Positions 17,204 through 26,947 of a stretch of DNA of 64,000 nt are shown one piece after another. The notes below the pieces were generated by a model. It was not told where the DNA came from, did not search any database, and saw nothing but the letters and a program-made list of their open reading frames with translations. The position numbers and the translations under genes are program-made. Source of the stretch: Candidatus Ornithoclostridium faecigallinarum (GTDB taxonomy: Bacteria > Bacillota > Clostridia > Christensenellales > UBA3700); contig DVOI01000001.1 of the NCBI GenBank assembly GCA_018713665.1, positions 6,346 to 70,345 on the forward strand, given 5' to 3'. Position 1 is the first letter of the stretch; each line of letters begins with the position of its first letter.

Positions 17204-17958
17204 ATGACGAGCCCCCTGCGGAATGTAATCGGCTTGTCCGAAATGTTGACGACCTCTTCGTCGCCAAGTCCGAGATTTTGCACTATGTCCAACGCGTATT
17301 CGCACTTGCCGACTCGCGACGGCTTGTGCGCGTCGCTGTTGACGATGAGTTTTGCCCCCGTCGCCGCGAGGATCTCAACGCCTTTGAGATCGGGCGTCTT
17401 ATGCCTCGACGACAGTTCGACAAAAGTACCCGACGCCGCGCATGCCTCGCCTATCGGCTTGAGCTCGACGTCCAGCCTGAACCCGGGGTGTGTGAGCACG
17501 TCGATCTCGTGCTCGGTCACCGCCCTTACGAACGCCTCGGTGTTGAGCGCGCGCTGTTTTGCGCTGTTGCGGCAGATGTAGCGCGTCACGCCGTTGAGCG
17601 GCAGCTTGAAGTAATCCTTGAACCTCAACGGGTATGAGGTCAGATGGAAGCCGGCAAGCACGACGTCCAGCTTGTCCGCGTCCTCGGGCGACAGATCGAT
17701 CTCTCCTTGGGGACTGAGAATATTTGCCTCTATGCCGAGCAGCACTCTGAATCGATATTCCTTTGCAACCGCGTCGACGTCGCGTCTCATCTCGTCGAAG
17801 CGCGACGGCTTGACTCCGATCAACGGGTGCCTCTCGCCGTGGTCGGTGATTGCAAGCGCTCGAAGACCGAGACTCATCGCCGCGACGACGTTGTCTTCGA
17901 CCGTCCCGGTGCCGTGAGAATATTTGGTATGTGAATGAAAGTCTGCGCGGATATTCAT
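17200..17958 (-). CDS. PHP-domain metal-dependent phosphoesterase
   Basis: 252 aa; N-terminal DFHSHTKYSHG PHP motif. Confidence 0.75.
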   Translation of the reverse strand: MNIRADFHSHTKYSHGTGTVEDNVVAAMSLGLRALAITDHGERHPLIGVKPSRFDEMRRDVDAVAKEYRFRVLLGIEANILSPQGEIDLSPEDADKLDVVLAGFHLTSYPLRFKDYFKLPLNGVTRYICRNSAKQRALNTEAFVRAVTEHEIDVLTHPGFRLDVELKPIGEACAASGTFVELSSRHKTPDLKGVEILAATGAKLIVNSDAHKPSRVGKCEYALDIVQNLGLGDEEVVNISDKPITFRRGLVI

Positions 17959-18001
17959 AATGCTCTTCCGGTCGCGCGCAAGCGCGCATATACGGACTTA
18001 T

Positions 18002-18030
18002 ATTATAGAATATAACACGCCAAAAAGTAA
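18002..18030 (-). promoter_or_regulatory. SigA-type promoter ahead of PHP-whiA-dnaE
   Basis: Minus strand TTACTT - 17 nt - TATAAT; 43-nt leader with GGAAGAG RBS. Confidence 0.6.
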
Positions 18031-18060
18031 AGGCAAATCCGTCGCGTAATTGTAAATTTT

Positions 18061-18927
18061 TCATCGTCCCGCGACGACGACCTCAAGCTCGAGCGTCACG
18101 CCGCAGTCTTCGAACACCTCTCTTTGCGCCCTGTCGGCGAGCGCGAGATAGTCAGCCGCCGTCCCTCCGCCGACATTGACGATAAACCCTGCGTGTTTAC
18201 GCGATATTTCCGCGCCTCCCGCTCGCGCGCCTTTGAGCCCTGCGCGCTCGATGTACCACCCTGCCGACTTTCCGTCAGCACGCTTGAACGTACTGCCGAG
18301 CGACTTCCCGTTGGGCTGGCTCGCCGCCCTGAGCGCGGCATATCTCGCCGCCTCTCGCTCGACCGCCGCCCTGTCCGACCGCACGAGCGAAAACGCCGCC
18401 GCAAGTACAACCGCATCTTTGCCCAGCGCGCTCCTGCGATAGCCGAAGCCGCACTCTTCAGGCCCCAGCCTCACTCTCTTGCCGTCCGCAAGCACGTCCA
18501 CCCAAAGCGCAACGTCCGCAAATTCCGTCCCGAACGCGCCGGCGTTCATCGCCGCCGCCCCTCCGACGCTGCCGGGAATTGCGGCAAGCCTCTCCAAACC
18601 CGATAGCCCCCGCTCCGCCGCCTTTTTGGCGAGCGAAGACAGCCTCTCTCCGGCGAACGCCACCGCGACCTCTCCGCGAAACTCCGCGCCCGTCATCGCT
18701 CTCGTCGTCAAGACCGCGGCGTCGTATTCTCCGTCGGGGAACAAGATGTTCGTCCCTCTGCCGGCGACGTCGAACTCCTCGCCCTCGAGCGCGGCGACGG
18801 CTGCGGCAAACTCCTCTTCCGTCCGCGGCTCGATCAAAAGTCCGATCGTCCCCTCGTTGCCGTAAGAAGAAAACGACGGAGCGCGTCTCCGCGCCCCGAA
18901 TTTGTCCACAAAATATTGCGCGTCCAT
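18061..18927 (-). CDS. murB: UDP-N-acetylenolpyruvoylglucosamine reductase
   Basis: 288 aa; MurB motifs LGSTFKR and SRKHAGFIVN. Confidence 0.9.
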   Translation of the reverse strand: MDAQYFVDKFGARRRAPSFSSYGNEGTIGLLIEPRTEEEFAAAVAALEGEEFDVAGRGTNILFPDGEYDAAVLTTRAMTGAEFRGEVAVAFAGERLSSLAKKAAERGLSGLERLAAIPGSVGGAAAMNAGAFGTEFADVALWVDVLADGKRVRLGPEECGFGYRRSALGKDAVVLAAAFSLVRSDRAAVEREAARYAALRAASQPNGKSLGSTFKRADGKSAGWYIERAGLKGARAGGAEISRKHAGFIVNVGGGTAADYLALADRAQREVFEDCGVTLELEVVVAGR

Positions 18928-18957
18928 ACACGCAAATATATGACCGCCTTCCTCGCT

Positions 18958-19905
18958 CTATGCGATTGGAATATCGAGCAATTCGCATTCTCGAACGGCG
19001 TCTTGCAATTCCTTGACGGAGCCGCTCTCAAACACTCTCTGCTTGAACGCCTTGCCGCCCGTCAGCCCTTTGACGTAATACGCCAAATGCTTCTTCATGT
19101 TGGCGGCGACATATACAGGCGAGTGAAATTCGAGCATCGTCGCGATGTGTTCGTCGACCGCTTCTCTCCTTGTGCGCCACGGCCTTTCAATGCCGGCGAT
19201 GTCCGCAAACAGCCACGGGCACCCGAGCGCGCCCCTTGCGATCATCACGCCTGCCGCGCCGGTGATTCTCAACATCTCGCGGAAGTCGTCGGCGCTGTCT
19301 ACGTCGCCGTTCGCAAGCACGGGAATATCGACCGCCCGAACGACCTCTGCGATATATTCCCTGTCCGCAATCCCCGAATAAAACTGCTCTCGCGTCCTGC
19401 CGTGAACGGTCAAAGCGTCCGCTCCGGCATCTTGCAAAATCTTTGCGAAATCAACACCGGTACGAGAATTTTGTTCAAAACCTATCCTGAATTTGACACT
19501 CACAAACTTGCCCGAAAGTTTGAGAGTGCGCACAATCTTTGCCGCCAGCTCCGGCTCTTTGAGCAACGCGCTGCCCTCGCCGTTGCCGACGATTTTGGGG
19601 ACGGGACAGCCCATATTCACATCGACGATGTCGAACTTGGCAAGCGCCTGATGTCGTGCCGCCGCCAGCATAATCTCGGGCTCTCTGCCGAAGATCTGCA
19701 CCGCCTTGACCTTTTCCGCGTCCGTCGTATGGAGCAGGTCTTCCGTCTTTGCGCTGCCGTAAAGCAACCCCTTCGCCGAAATCATCTCTGTGTAGGTAAT
19801 CGCCGCTCCGGCACGCGCGCAAAGTCTGCGAAAGCCTACGTCGCTGAATCCGGCTATCGGCGCTAGCACCGCCTTGGGCGTTTCAAATATCTCGACGGGA
19901 CTCAC
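18958..19905 (-). CDS. dus: tRNA dihydrouridine synthase
   Basis: 315 aa; GTG start with GAGGTG RBS; LAPIAGFSDVGFR and VNMGCP motifs. Confidence 0.9.
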   Translation of the reverse strand: MSPVEIFETPKAVLAPIAGFSDVGFRRLCARAGAAITYTEMISAKGLLYGSAKTEDLLHTTDAEKVKAVQIFGREPEIMLAAARHQALAKFDIVDVNMGCPVPKIVGNGEGSALLKEPELAAKIVRTLKLSGKFVSVKFRIGFEQNSRTGVDFAKILQDAGADALTVHGRTREQFYSGIADREYIAEVVRAVDIPVLANGDVDSADDFREMLRITGAAGVMIARGALGCPWLFADIAGIERPWRTRREAVDEHIATMLEFHSPVYVAANMKKHLAYYVKGLTGGKAFKQRVFESGSVKELQDAVRECELLDIPIA

Positions 19906-20926
19906 GTCTTTTCACCTCTTCCCAAAGCTCGTCCGCCTCCTTTGGCGACAGCTCGTTCACCGGTCGCCGAGCAAGCTCCTCAAGCGCGGCATATCGTCTC
20001 TCGAACTTACGCACCGCTCTCGACAGCGCAATCTCGGGGTCGCACTTGAGCAACCTGACGACATTGACCGCGGCGAACAACAGGTCGCCGCATTCCGACT
20101 CTCTTTCGTCCGCACTCTTTGCGGCGAGACATTCCGCCGTCTCTTCGGGCAGCTTTTGCGCAGCCGCCTCCGCGCTCTCGAAATCGAAGCCGGCCTTTGC
20201 AGCTGCCTTTTGTATCTTGAGCGCACGCTCGACCGCAGGCAACGCCTTCGCGACTCTTTTCATCTTGTCCGAGGCTCGGTATGCGCCCTTTTCTTTCGCC
20301 TTTGCCGCTTCCCACGACGCGAGACTCTCTTCGGCGTTGTTCGCGACGACGTCGCCGAACACGTGCGGATGACGAGTGATTAATTTTTCGCACAGTTCGG
20401 TCAATGCGTCCGACAGGTCGAACTCGCCGTTCTTCTCCGCAATCTCGCAATGAAACACGCTCTGCAACATCACATCGCCGCACTCCTCGCGCATATTGGC
20501 GATGTCACGGTTGTCGATTGCCTCGACCAGTTCGTACGCCTCTTCGACGGCGTTGGCGCGAATGCTCTCGTGCGTCTGCGCCTTGTCCCACTCGCACCCG
20601 TCGTCCGCGCAAAGTCTGCGCATGATTTTGACAAGATCGGCAAAGTCGTGGCGACGCTTGTCCTTGAACGACAGAGGCGGAACTTGCGCCGCGTCGCACG
20701 CGCGAATTGTCGCCGCCGTCCTCTCTTCGCCGTCGCAAAACACGGGCGCGTCTTCACCCAACAGCCGCGACAGCTTTTGCGCCGTCTCTTTTACCGCGCT
20801 TTCGTTGACGCGCGTCAGCACCAACGCTGACCGCGTGTCGTACCAAAAATCTTTCGCCGAGACAAAAGCGTCGGCCTCAATCGTCAATGTGCCGAGCGTC
20901 TCGGCAATGTCGTCGCGTCTCTTCAT
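19883..20926 (-). CDS. mazG: MazG family nucleoside triphosphate pyrophosphohydrolase (YabN-like, N-terminal methylase part reduced)
   Basis: 347 aa; two MazG repeats (VEEAYELVEAI, ECGDLLFAAVN). Confidence 0.85.
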   Translation of the reverse strand: MKRRDDIAETLGTLTIEADAFVSAKDFWYDTRSALVLTRVNESAVKETAQKLSRLLGEDAPVFCDGEERTAATIRACDAAQVPPLSFKDKRRHDFADLVKIMRRLCADDGCEWDKAQTHESIRANAVEEAYELVEAIDNRDIANMREECGDVMLQSVFHCEIAEKNGEFDLSDALTELCEKLITRHPHVFGDVVANNAEESLASWEAAKAKEKGAYRASDKMKRVAKALPAVERALKIQKAAAKAGFDFESAEAAAQKLPEETAECLAAKSADERESECGDLLFAAVNVVRLLKCDPEIALSRAVRKFERRYAALEELARRPVNELSPKEADELWEEVKRRESRRDI

Positions 20927-22463
20927 TCGTATTGTTCTCCCTGCGGAACCTCGGCTTCAGCGCGCCGACAGCGAGCAAAACGCCGCTGTAAATCGCAATC
21001 GCCGTCACCGCCGCTGCCGCGAGCTTTGCCCACGGCGAAATATCGGCGAGGGTAACCGCCTTTTCCGCAATTACCATTATAACACCCGCAAGGGCTGTCT
21101 TGGCAAACGTTTTGCGTGCGATAAACGCGCTTCCCGTCCGTTTGCGATAAACAAACGCCGCCGCCGTCGCCGCAACGAAATACATCGCGCATTGAGCGAC
21201 CGGCGCGCCGACAACGCCCACTCGCGGTATCAATACCGCCTGAAGCGCCTGCTTGACAATCGCGGCGACCAGCATGATGCGCATCACTTTGCCGCCGCCG
21301 TCCATCGCCTGCAACGACGAGCAAAGTAATTGCATTACGACGACGGGAACAATCCCGGCAGCCTGCCATTGCAACAGCCGCGCCGCCACCGCAAGCTCCG
21401 CGCCGCTCAATGTGGGATAGAGCACGGCGAGCAGCTCTCTCGGAAAAATCGCAAACGCGATTGCGCACGGCACCGCAAACATCACTCCCCATCCGACCGC
21501 GGCGCTGGTCTTTGCGTGAGCGGCATTCGCACCGCCTCTGACATACTCGGAAGTGAACTTCGGGAGCGCGGCGGCGGAGGCGGAAAACGCGACGACAATC
21601 GGCATATTGACCAGCGTACCGACCGCCCCGGTGAGCAAACCGTATTGCGCCCTCGCGACGTCTTCGACAACTCCGTCCAACCTCAACAGCCCGACAATCG
21701 CAAAGCTGTCGACAAAGGCGCAGAGAGGCAGCACAAGCGCGGATGCCATCAACGGAAGCATCGCTGCAAACATCTCTTTAGATAGCGTTTTATCGACACG
21801 GGCTCCTAAAAATTTATATCTTCTCCGAAACGCCGACCTCAACGTCAGCGCTCCTGCAAACTCCGAGATTGTCACCGCCGCGAGCGCTCCGTACACTGCA
21901 TATTCCACTCCTCTTCGCGCGGCGAAGTACGCGCACGCCAAGCCGAAAATCAGCTTGATTGCCTGTTCAGCGGTCTGCGTCAGCGCGCATACGGACGAAC
22001 CTCCGTCCGCAAGGAATATGCCGCGATAGAGCGCGGAGAGGGCGACCGCTCCGACCGCAGGCAAAAGCAATGCATAGCCGATTGCGAATTCGCCTGCGCT
22101 TTGCAGTTTTGCGACCGGAAATATCGCCGCCGCAAACAGCGCCATCCCTGCCGCCGCCAGCGCAAAGCTCATTCTCCGCGCCGCCGCATACACGTTTGCG
22201 CCGTCCTCACCGCGCGCCTTTGCCGCCGCAAAAGCTCGGGCGGTGATTGTCGGCAACGCTCCCGACGTCAATGTTACAAACAGTGCGTAGACGGGGAAAA
22301 ATGTCTGGTAAAGCCCCATTCCCTCCGCGCCGAGCACATTGGTCAACGGGACGCGATAGATTGCTCCGACAATCTTGCCGGCAATCGACGCCGCCGCCAA
22401 CACCGCAGTCGACGCCGCAAGAGAGCCGCTCTGTCCGAAACGCCGTGCGTGCACTTCTGCCAT
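20877..22463 (-). CDS. MOP-superfamily polysaccharide/lipid II flippase (YabM/SpoVB-like)
   Basis: 528 aa from ATG 22463 (GGAGGTGAAG RBS); about 14 TM segments; placement upstream of mazG mirrors B. subtilis yabM-yabN. Confidence 0.75.
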   Translation of the reverse strand: MAEVHARRFGQSGSLAASTAVLAAASIAGKIVGAIYRVPLTNVLGAEGMGLYQTFFPVYALFVTLTSGALPTITARAFAAAKARGEDGANVYAAARRMSFALAAAGMALFAAAIFPVAKLQSAGEFAIGYALLLPAVGAVALSALYRGIFLADGGSSVCALTQTAEQAIKLIFGLACAYFAARRGVEYAVYGALAAVTISEFAGALTLRSAFRRRYKFLGARVDKTLSKEMFAAMLPLMASALVLPLCAFVDSFAIVGLLRLDGVVEDVARAQYGLLTGAVGTLVNMPIVVAFSASAAALPKFTSEYVRGGANAAHAKTSAAVGWGVMFAVPCAIAFAIFPRELLAVLYPTLSGAELAVAARLLQWQAAGIVPVVVMQLLCSSLQAMDGGGKVMRIMLVAAIVKQALQAVLIPRVGVVGAPVAQCAMYFVAATAAAFVYRKRTGSAFIARKTFAKTALAGVIMVIAEKAVTLADISPWAKLAAAAVTAIAIYSGVLLAVGALKPRFRRENNTNEETRRHCRDARHIDD

Positions 22464-22695
22464 CTTCACCTCCGTCTGAGATAGTATGTGTGCAAGGCGC
22501 ATTATTATAGGCGCTCCACGGACGCAAATCGGCGGCGTTGCCTTCCCGACGCCGAACATCCCGTGAACATAAATGTTTTTCCTTTGTTCGGCTGCTCTCG
22601 GCTTTCCCCTGTGCGAATTTTCATCGCCGCATCGCCGCCTTGGATAAAAACTCCGCGATTGCCAACAATATAGTCAAACCTAAAGGAGGTGCGAC

Positions 22696-22806
22696 ATGGC
22701 AAAGCAGATGGATCGTCAAAAGCAGTCTGCCCGCAAGGATACCGCCAAAAAGACCGCCGACAAGGCGTGCGGCAAGAATTGCGGCGGAACAAAGAACTGC
22801 GACTAA
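22696..22806 (+). CDS. 36-aa Lys-rich, three-Cys small protein (not in the ORF track)
   Basis: AAAGGAGGT RBS, 5-nt spacer, ATG 22696; MAKQMDRQKQSARKDTAKKTADKACGKNCGGTKNCD; TAA 22804-22806; strong terminator 8 nt downstream. Confidence 0.65.
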   Translation: MAKQMDRQKQSARKDTAKKTADKACGKNCGGTKNCD

Positions 22807-22814
22807 GTCGCAAA

Positions 22815-22847
22815 GGCGCCCCGAAAATCGGGGCGCCTTTTCTTTTT
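22815..22847 (+). terminator. rho-independent terminator of the 36-aa gene
   Basis: GGCGCCCCG-aaaat-CGGGGCGCC, 9-bp GC stem, then TTTTCTTTTT. Confidence 0.85.
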
Positions 22848-22872
22848 CAAAGCGAAAACTCAATACATATGC

Positions 22873-22901
22873 AAAAAAATTCGGCGGCAAAAGCCGCCGA
22901 A
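22873..22901 (-). terminator. terminator of the GH27 gene
   Basis: TTCGGCGGC-tttt-GCCGCCGAA followed by T7 on the minus strand, 5 nt after the stop. Confidence 0.8.
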
Positions 22902-22905
22902 AAAA

Positions 22906-24537
22906 TCATTCTATGATGAAGACTTTGCTTTCGTCCGGTTTGAGTTTACAGGCAATTGCCGAGCCTTCGCCGCTCTCGCCCGACCAAACTTCGCGGAACG
23001 AATATTTCTCCTTTGAAGGCAGCGCAACGTATTCGTCGCTCGCGAGCGTTTTTAGGTCGAGCTTGCCCGACGCGCCCAGAACGGTGCCGCGGTTGAAGAA
23101 ACATACCGCCGCCCTGCCGCCCGCCAGCGGTCTGACCAAGATATCCAGCCTCGCGCCGCGCTTGATGCGCTTCGCCTGCCTGCCGAGCGGATCTTGATCG
23201 ATTGCAATCAGGTCCTTTTGCGTGACAATCTTGAGCACGTCGTCGGTGATTGTCCTCAAATCGTTGCCGAGCACGAGCGGCGCCGCCATCATACACCACA
23301 GCGCAAAGTGCGACTTGTTGCGCTCGAGCGTCAAGCCGCCGTTGCCGACCTCGAGCATATCGGGATCGTTCCAATGCCCGGGCGACGCGTACTTCCACAG
23401 CTTGACGTTGTGCTCGTAGATGAGCTTGATCCAACGCCAATTGGGATTGATGTCGGGCGTGGTACGCCACAGATTGCCTGCGCTCGCGCCCCACTTGTAC
23501 GGCTGATTGAGTCCCCATTCACATATCGAGAACGTGATCGGTTTGAGCGGCTGTCCCGTCTCTTCGGACACCTTCTTTGCCGCCGCCTCGAGCGCCGCGC
23601 CCATCTTGCGGTATTGCAGCATCGCGCTGTCCGCGCGCGTCGATATCGGGTTGAACATCTTGACGACGTTGACGCCCTTGCGCAGCGCGACGACCAATTG
23701 GAAGCGCGCGGTGATGTTCCAAAATTTTTGCGACGGAATTTCCGCCATATAGTCCTTTTCGCCGTTGACCTGAACCATCAACGCCTTTTCGTAAAGTCCC
23801 TTTTTGCGAACGCAAACGGTCAAAACATACTCGCCGTCCTCTTCGGCATATATGTTGTTGAACTCGAGCGCACCGCGGCAGGCGTCAAGTCCGCTGACGT
23901 GATAGCCGCACTCCAGCTTTTTGTCGGGCATGAACTTGGCGAGACCGCTGACCTTGCCGTCCGTGCAGGGATAAAACTTGCCCTTGCGCTCTCCTCTCTT
24001 GACCACCTCGACGCCGTAGACGAGCGGCGCGTATTTGGGGATGGGGACGTTGTGGCAAAAGTCGTATTTGAGATACTCGAACCCCCACCGCGCGAACGTC
24101 AGCGCGTCCTTGTATTCGTTGCCGTAGCCAGCCGGCAGATCCTCGCAGGTCAGTGTGCCGTTGGACGAATATATACCGGCTTTGAGCCCGAGCGCATTGA
24201 TTTTGGCGACAAGCGCCTTCATGCCGTGCGCAAACTTGGTCAAATCGTGTTGAACCTCGCCGTTTTCGTCCCTGAGCGACGAGTGCCAATTGTCGTCGAT
24301 GTTGATGCGGTTGTATCCCGCGTCGAGCAAGCCCTTCTCCTTCATCGCGACCGCGGTCTCATATATTAAATCTTCGTCGATGGTGTTTTTGAATGTGTTC
24401 CAGCTCGACCACCCCATAGGCGGAGTGAGCGCGTCGCCGCCCTTATATTCGACGTTGGAATAGAGATCGCTGACGCGCGACGGGCGCGTGAACAGCTTTT
24501 TGAGATAGCATATCGGGCACATGCCGTTGCGTTTCAT
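22906..24537 (-). CDS. alpha-galactosidase / alpha-N-acetylgalactosaminidase, glycoside hydrolase family 27
   Basis: 543 aa; GH27 signatures PPMGWSSWNTF, YLKYDFC, CEWG; no signal peptide; about 100-aa extra segment mid-protein. Confidence 0.85.
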   Translation of the reverse strand: MKRNGMCPICYLKKLFTRPSRVSDLYSNVEYKGGDALTPPMGWSSWNTFKNTIDEDLIYETAVAMKEKGLLDAGYNRINIDDNWHSSLRDENGEVQHDLTKFAHGMKALVAKINALGLKAGIYSSNGTLTCEDLPAGYGNEYKDALTFARWGFEYLKYDFCHNVPIPKYAPLVYGVEVVKRGERKGKFYPCTDGKVSGLAKFMPDKKLECGYHVSGLDACRGALEFNNIYAEEDGEYVLTVCVRKKGLYEKALMVQVNGEKDYMAEIPSQKFWNITARFQLVVALRKGVNVVKMFNPISTRADSAMLQYRKMGAALEAAAKKVSEETGQPLKPITFSICEWGLNQPYKWGASAGNLWRTTPDINPNWRWIKLIYEHNVKLWKYASPGHWNDPDMLEVGNGGLTLERNKSHFALWCMMAAPLVLGNDLRTITDDVLKIVTQKDLIAIDQDPLGRQAKRIKRGARLDILVRPLAGGRAAVCFFNRGTVLGASGKLDLKTLASDEYVALPSKEKYSFREVWSGESGEGSAIACKLKPDESKVFIIE

Positions 24538-24565
24538 TGTTGTCCTCCCGAGTTGTTATAGTTTT

Positions 24566-24594
24566 ATTGTACAATATATACGTCCAAAGGTCAA
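24566..24594 (-). promoter_or_regulatory. SigA-type promoter of the GH27 gene
   Basis: Minus strand TTGACC - 17 nt - TACAAT; GGGAGG RBS. Confidence 0.7.
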
Positions 24595-24604
24595 CATTCG
24601 GCGA

Positions 24605-24633
24605 CAAAAAACCGCGCCCCGAAGGACGCGGTG
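24605..24633 (-). terminator. terminator of eno
   Basis: ACCGCGTCC-ttcg-GGGCGCGGT (one G-T pair) followed by TTTTTTG on the minus strand. Confidence 0.8.
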
Positions 24634-24649
24634 TTTGTCAAATCGAGGT

Positions 24650-25954
<1,305 letters not shown>

Positions 25955-26016
25955 TCAAAATAGTATTTTTCGATTTTGTCGGTCCGTCCCGAAGGACTTC
26001 CCTGTCGTCGCTTGTT

Positions 26017-26045
26017 ATTGTACTCATTCTCCGCGCGCTTGTCAA
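26017..26045 (-). promoter_or_regulatory. consensus SigA promoter of eno
   Basis: Minus strand TTGACA - 17 nt - TACAAT. Confidence 0.75.
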
Positions 26046-26082
26046 ATGTTTGACGTATGTTTTGTGCACACGCGCGTACGCG

Positions 26083-26754
26083 TTACATCAACAGTTCTTC
26101 GAGCGCGTCCGCGATTGCCTCGCACAATTCTTTACGATAGCTCTTTTGTCCCAAAAGCCGCCTGTCGTCGACATTGCTCAAAAAACCGCACTCGACGATT
26201 ACCGACGGCAAATTCGAACACTTTGTGATGAAAAAATCGCCTGCCTGCGGTTCAAGGTCGCTCCTGCCGCTGTGTGCGGCATTGATTCGCGCGTTGAGCC
26301 TTGCCTGCAACGCCGCGGCGAGCGCTCCGCCCCTGCCGGTGTCGTCATAAAACACCTGAACGCCGCGCCTAGACGGCTGAGACGGAAAGCTGTTGAGATG
26401 GACGCTCACCACACACTCGGCGCGAGCCGACTTGATAATCTTTGCCCTCTCCTCCATGTCCGACCGCTTTGTCTCGCCCAGCGCGACGTCCTCTTGACGC
26501 GTCATCACGACCGCGATTCCCCTTTTCTCCAACTCTTCGGCGAGAGTCTTGGCGAGTTCGAGATTGAGTTCGCTCTCCTTCACTCCGGCGACGGACACCC
26601 CTCCGTCCCAGCCGCCGTGGCCGGGGTCTATGACGACCGCGAGCCCCGAGCTCTCGGCGGGCAGATACGCCGCCGCGACCCCCACGGAACACGCCGCCGC
26701 AATCAGCGCGATTGTCGCCGCGATGACGACCGCTTTCCGAGACAAAAACACCAT
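26083..26754 (-). CDS. cwlD: N-acetylmuramoyl-L-alanine amidase, CwlD-like
   Basis: 223 aa; N-terminal membrane anchor; Amidase_3 motifs VVIDPGHGGWDGG and VSVHLNSF; GGAGAG RBS. Confidence 0.8.
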   Translation of the reverse strand: MVFLSRKAVVIAATIALIAAACSVGVAAAYLPAESSGLAVVIDPGHGGWDGGVSVAGVKESELNLELAKTLAEELEKRGIAVVMTRQEDVALGETKRSDMEERAKIIKSARAECVVSVHLNSFPSQPSRRGVQVFYDDTGRGGALAAALQARLNARINAAHSGRSDLEPQAGDFFITKCSNLPSVIVECGFLSNVDDRRLLGQKSYRKELCEAIADALEELLM

Positions 26755-26822
26755 TTTTCTCTCCTTGCGCGAAAGTGCGTCTCAAAGTGCAATTTTTGTC
26801 GTTTTGGGCACAAAAAGCGCAC

Positions 26823-26866
26823 TTATCCACAGAGTTATCCACCGAAACAGTTGTTTGTGTGGAAAA
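26823..26866. promoter_or_regulatory. cluster of three DnaA-box-like 9-mers
   Basis: TTATCCACA (26823-26831, perfect), TTATCCACC (26835-26843), and TGTGGAAAA (26858-26866), which is the reverse complement of TTTTCCACA. Confidence 0.5.
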
Positions 26867-26874
26867 CTCGGGCG

Positions 26875-26891
26875 CTTTTATGCATCCCGAT
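26875..26891 (+). repeat. direct repeat copy 1 (CTTTTATGCATCCCGAT)
   Basis: 16 of 17 identical to 26931-26947, 56 bp apart, in a 382-nt non-coding gap. Confidence 0.6.
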
Positions 26892-26930
26892 TATTCATTT
26901 ATATGTGTGGGGTTTCGCCTCTATTCGCAC

Positions 26931-26947
26931 CTTTTATACATCCCGAT
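26931..26947 (+). repeat. direct repeat copy 2 (CTTTTATACATCCCGAT)
   Basis: See copy 1. Confidence 0.6.

Noticed and set aside
22696-22806. Calling the 36-aa peptide a SCIFF-type (six-Cys) ranthipeptide precursor
   Set aside because: It has only three Cys, lacks the GGCGECQTSC-type core I recall for SCIFF, and has no radical-SAM maturase adjacent. It is kept as an unclassified small ORF.
22689-22916. 75-aa GTG-initiated track ORF overlapping the small-peptide locus
   Set aside because: The GTG abuts the RBS with no spacer, and the frame runs through two terminator hairpins. The ATG frame (36 aa) fits the RBS spacing and stops before the terminator.
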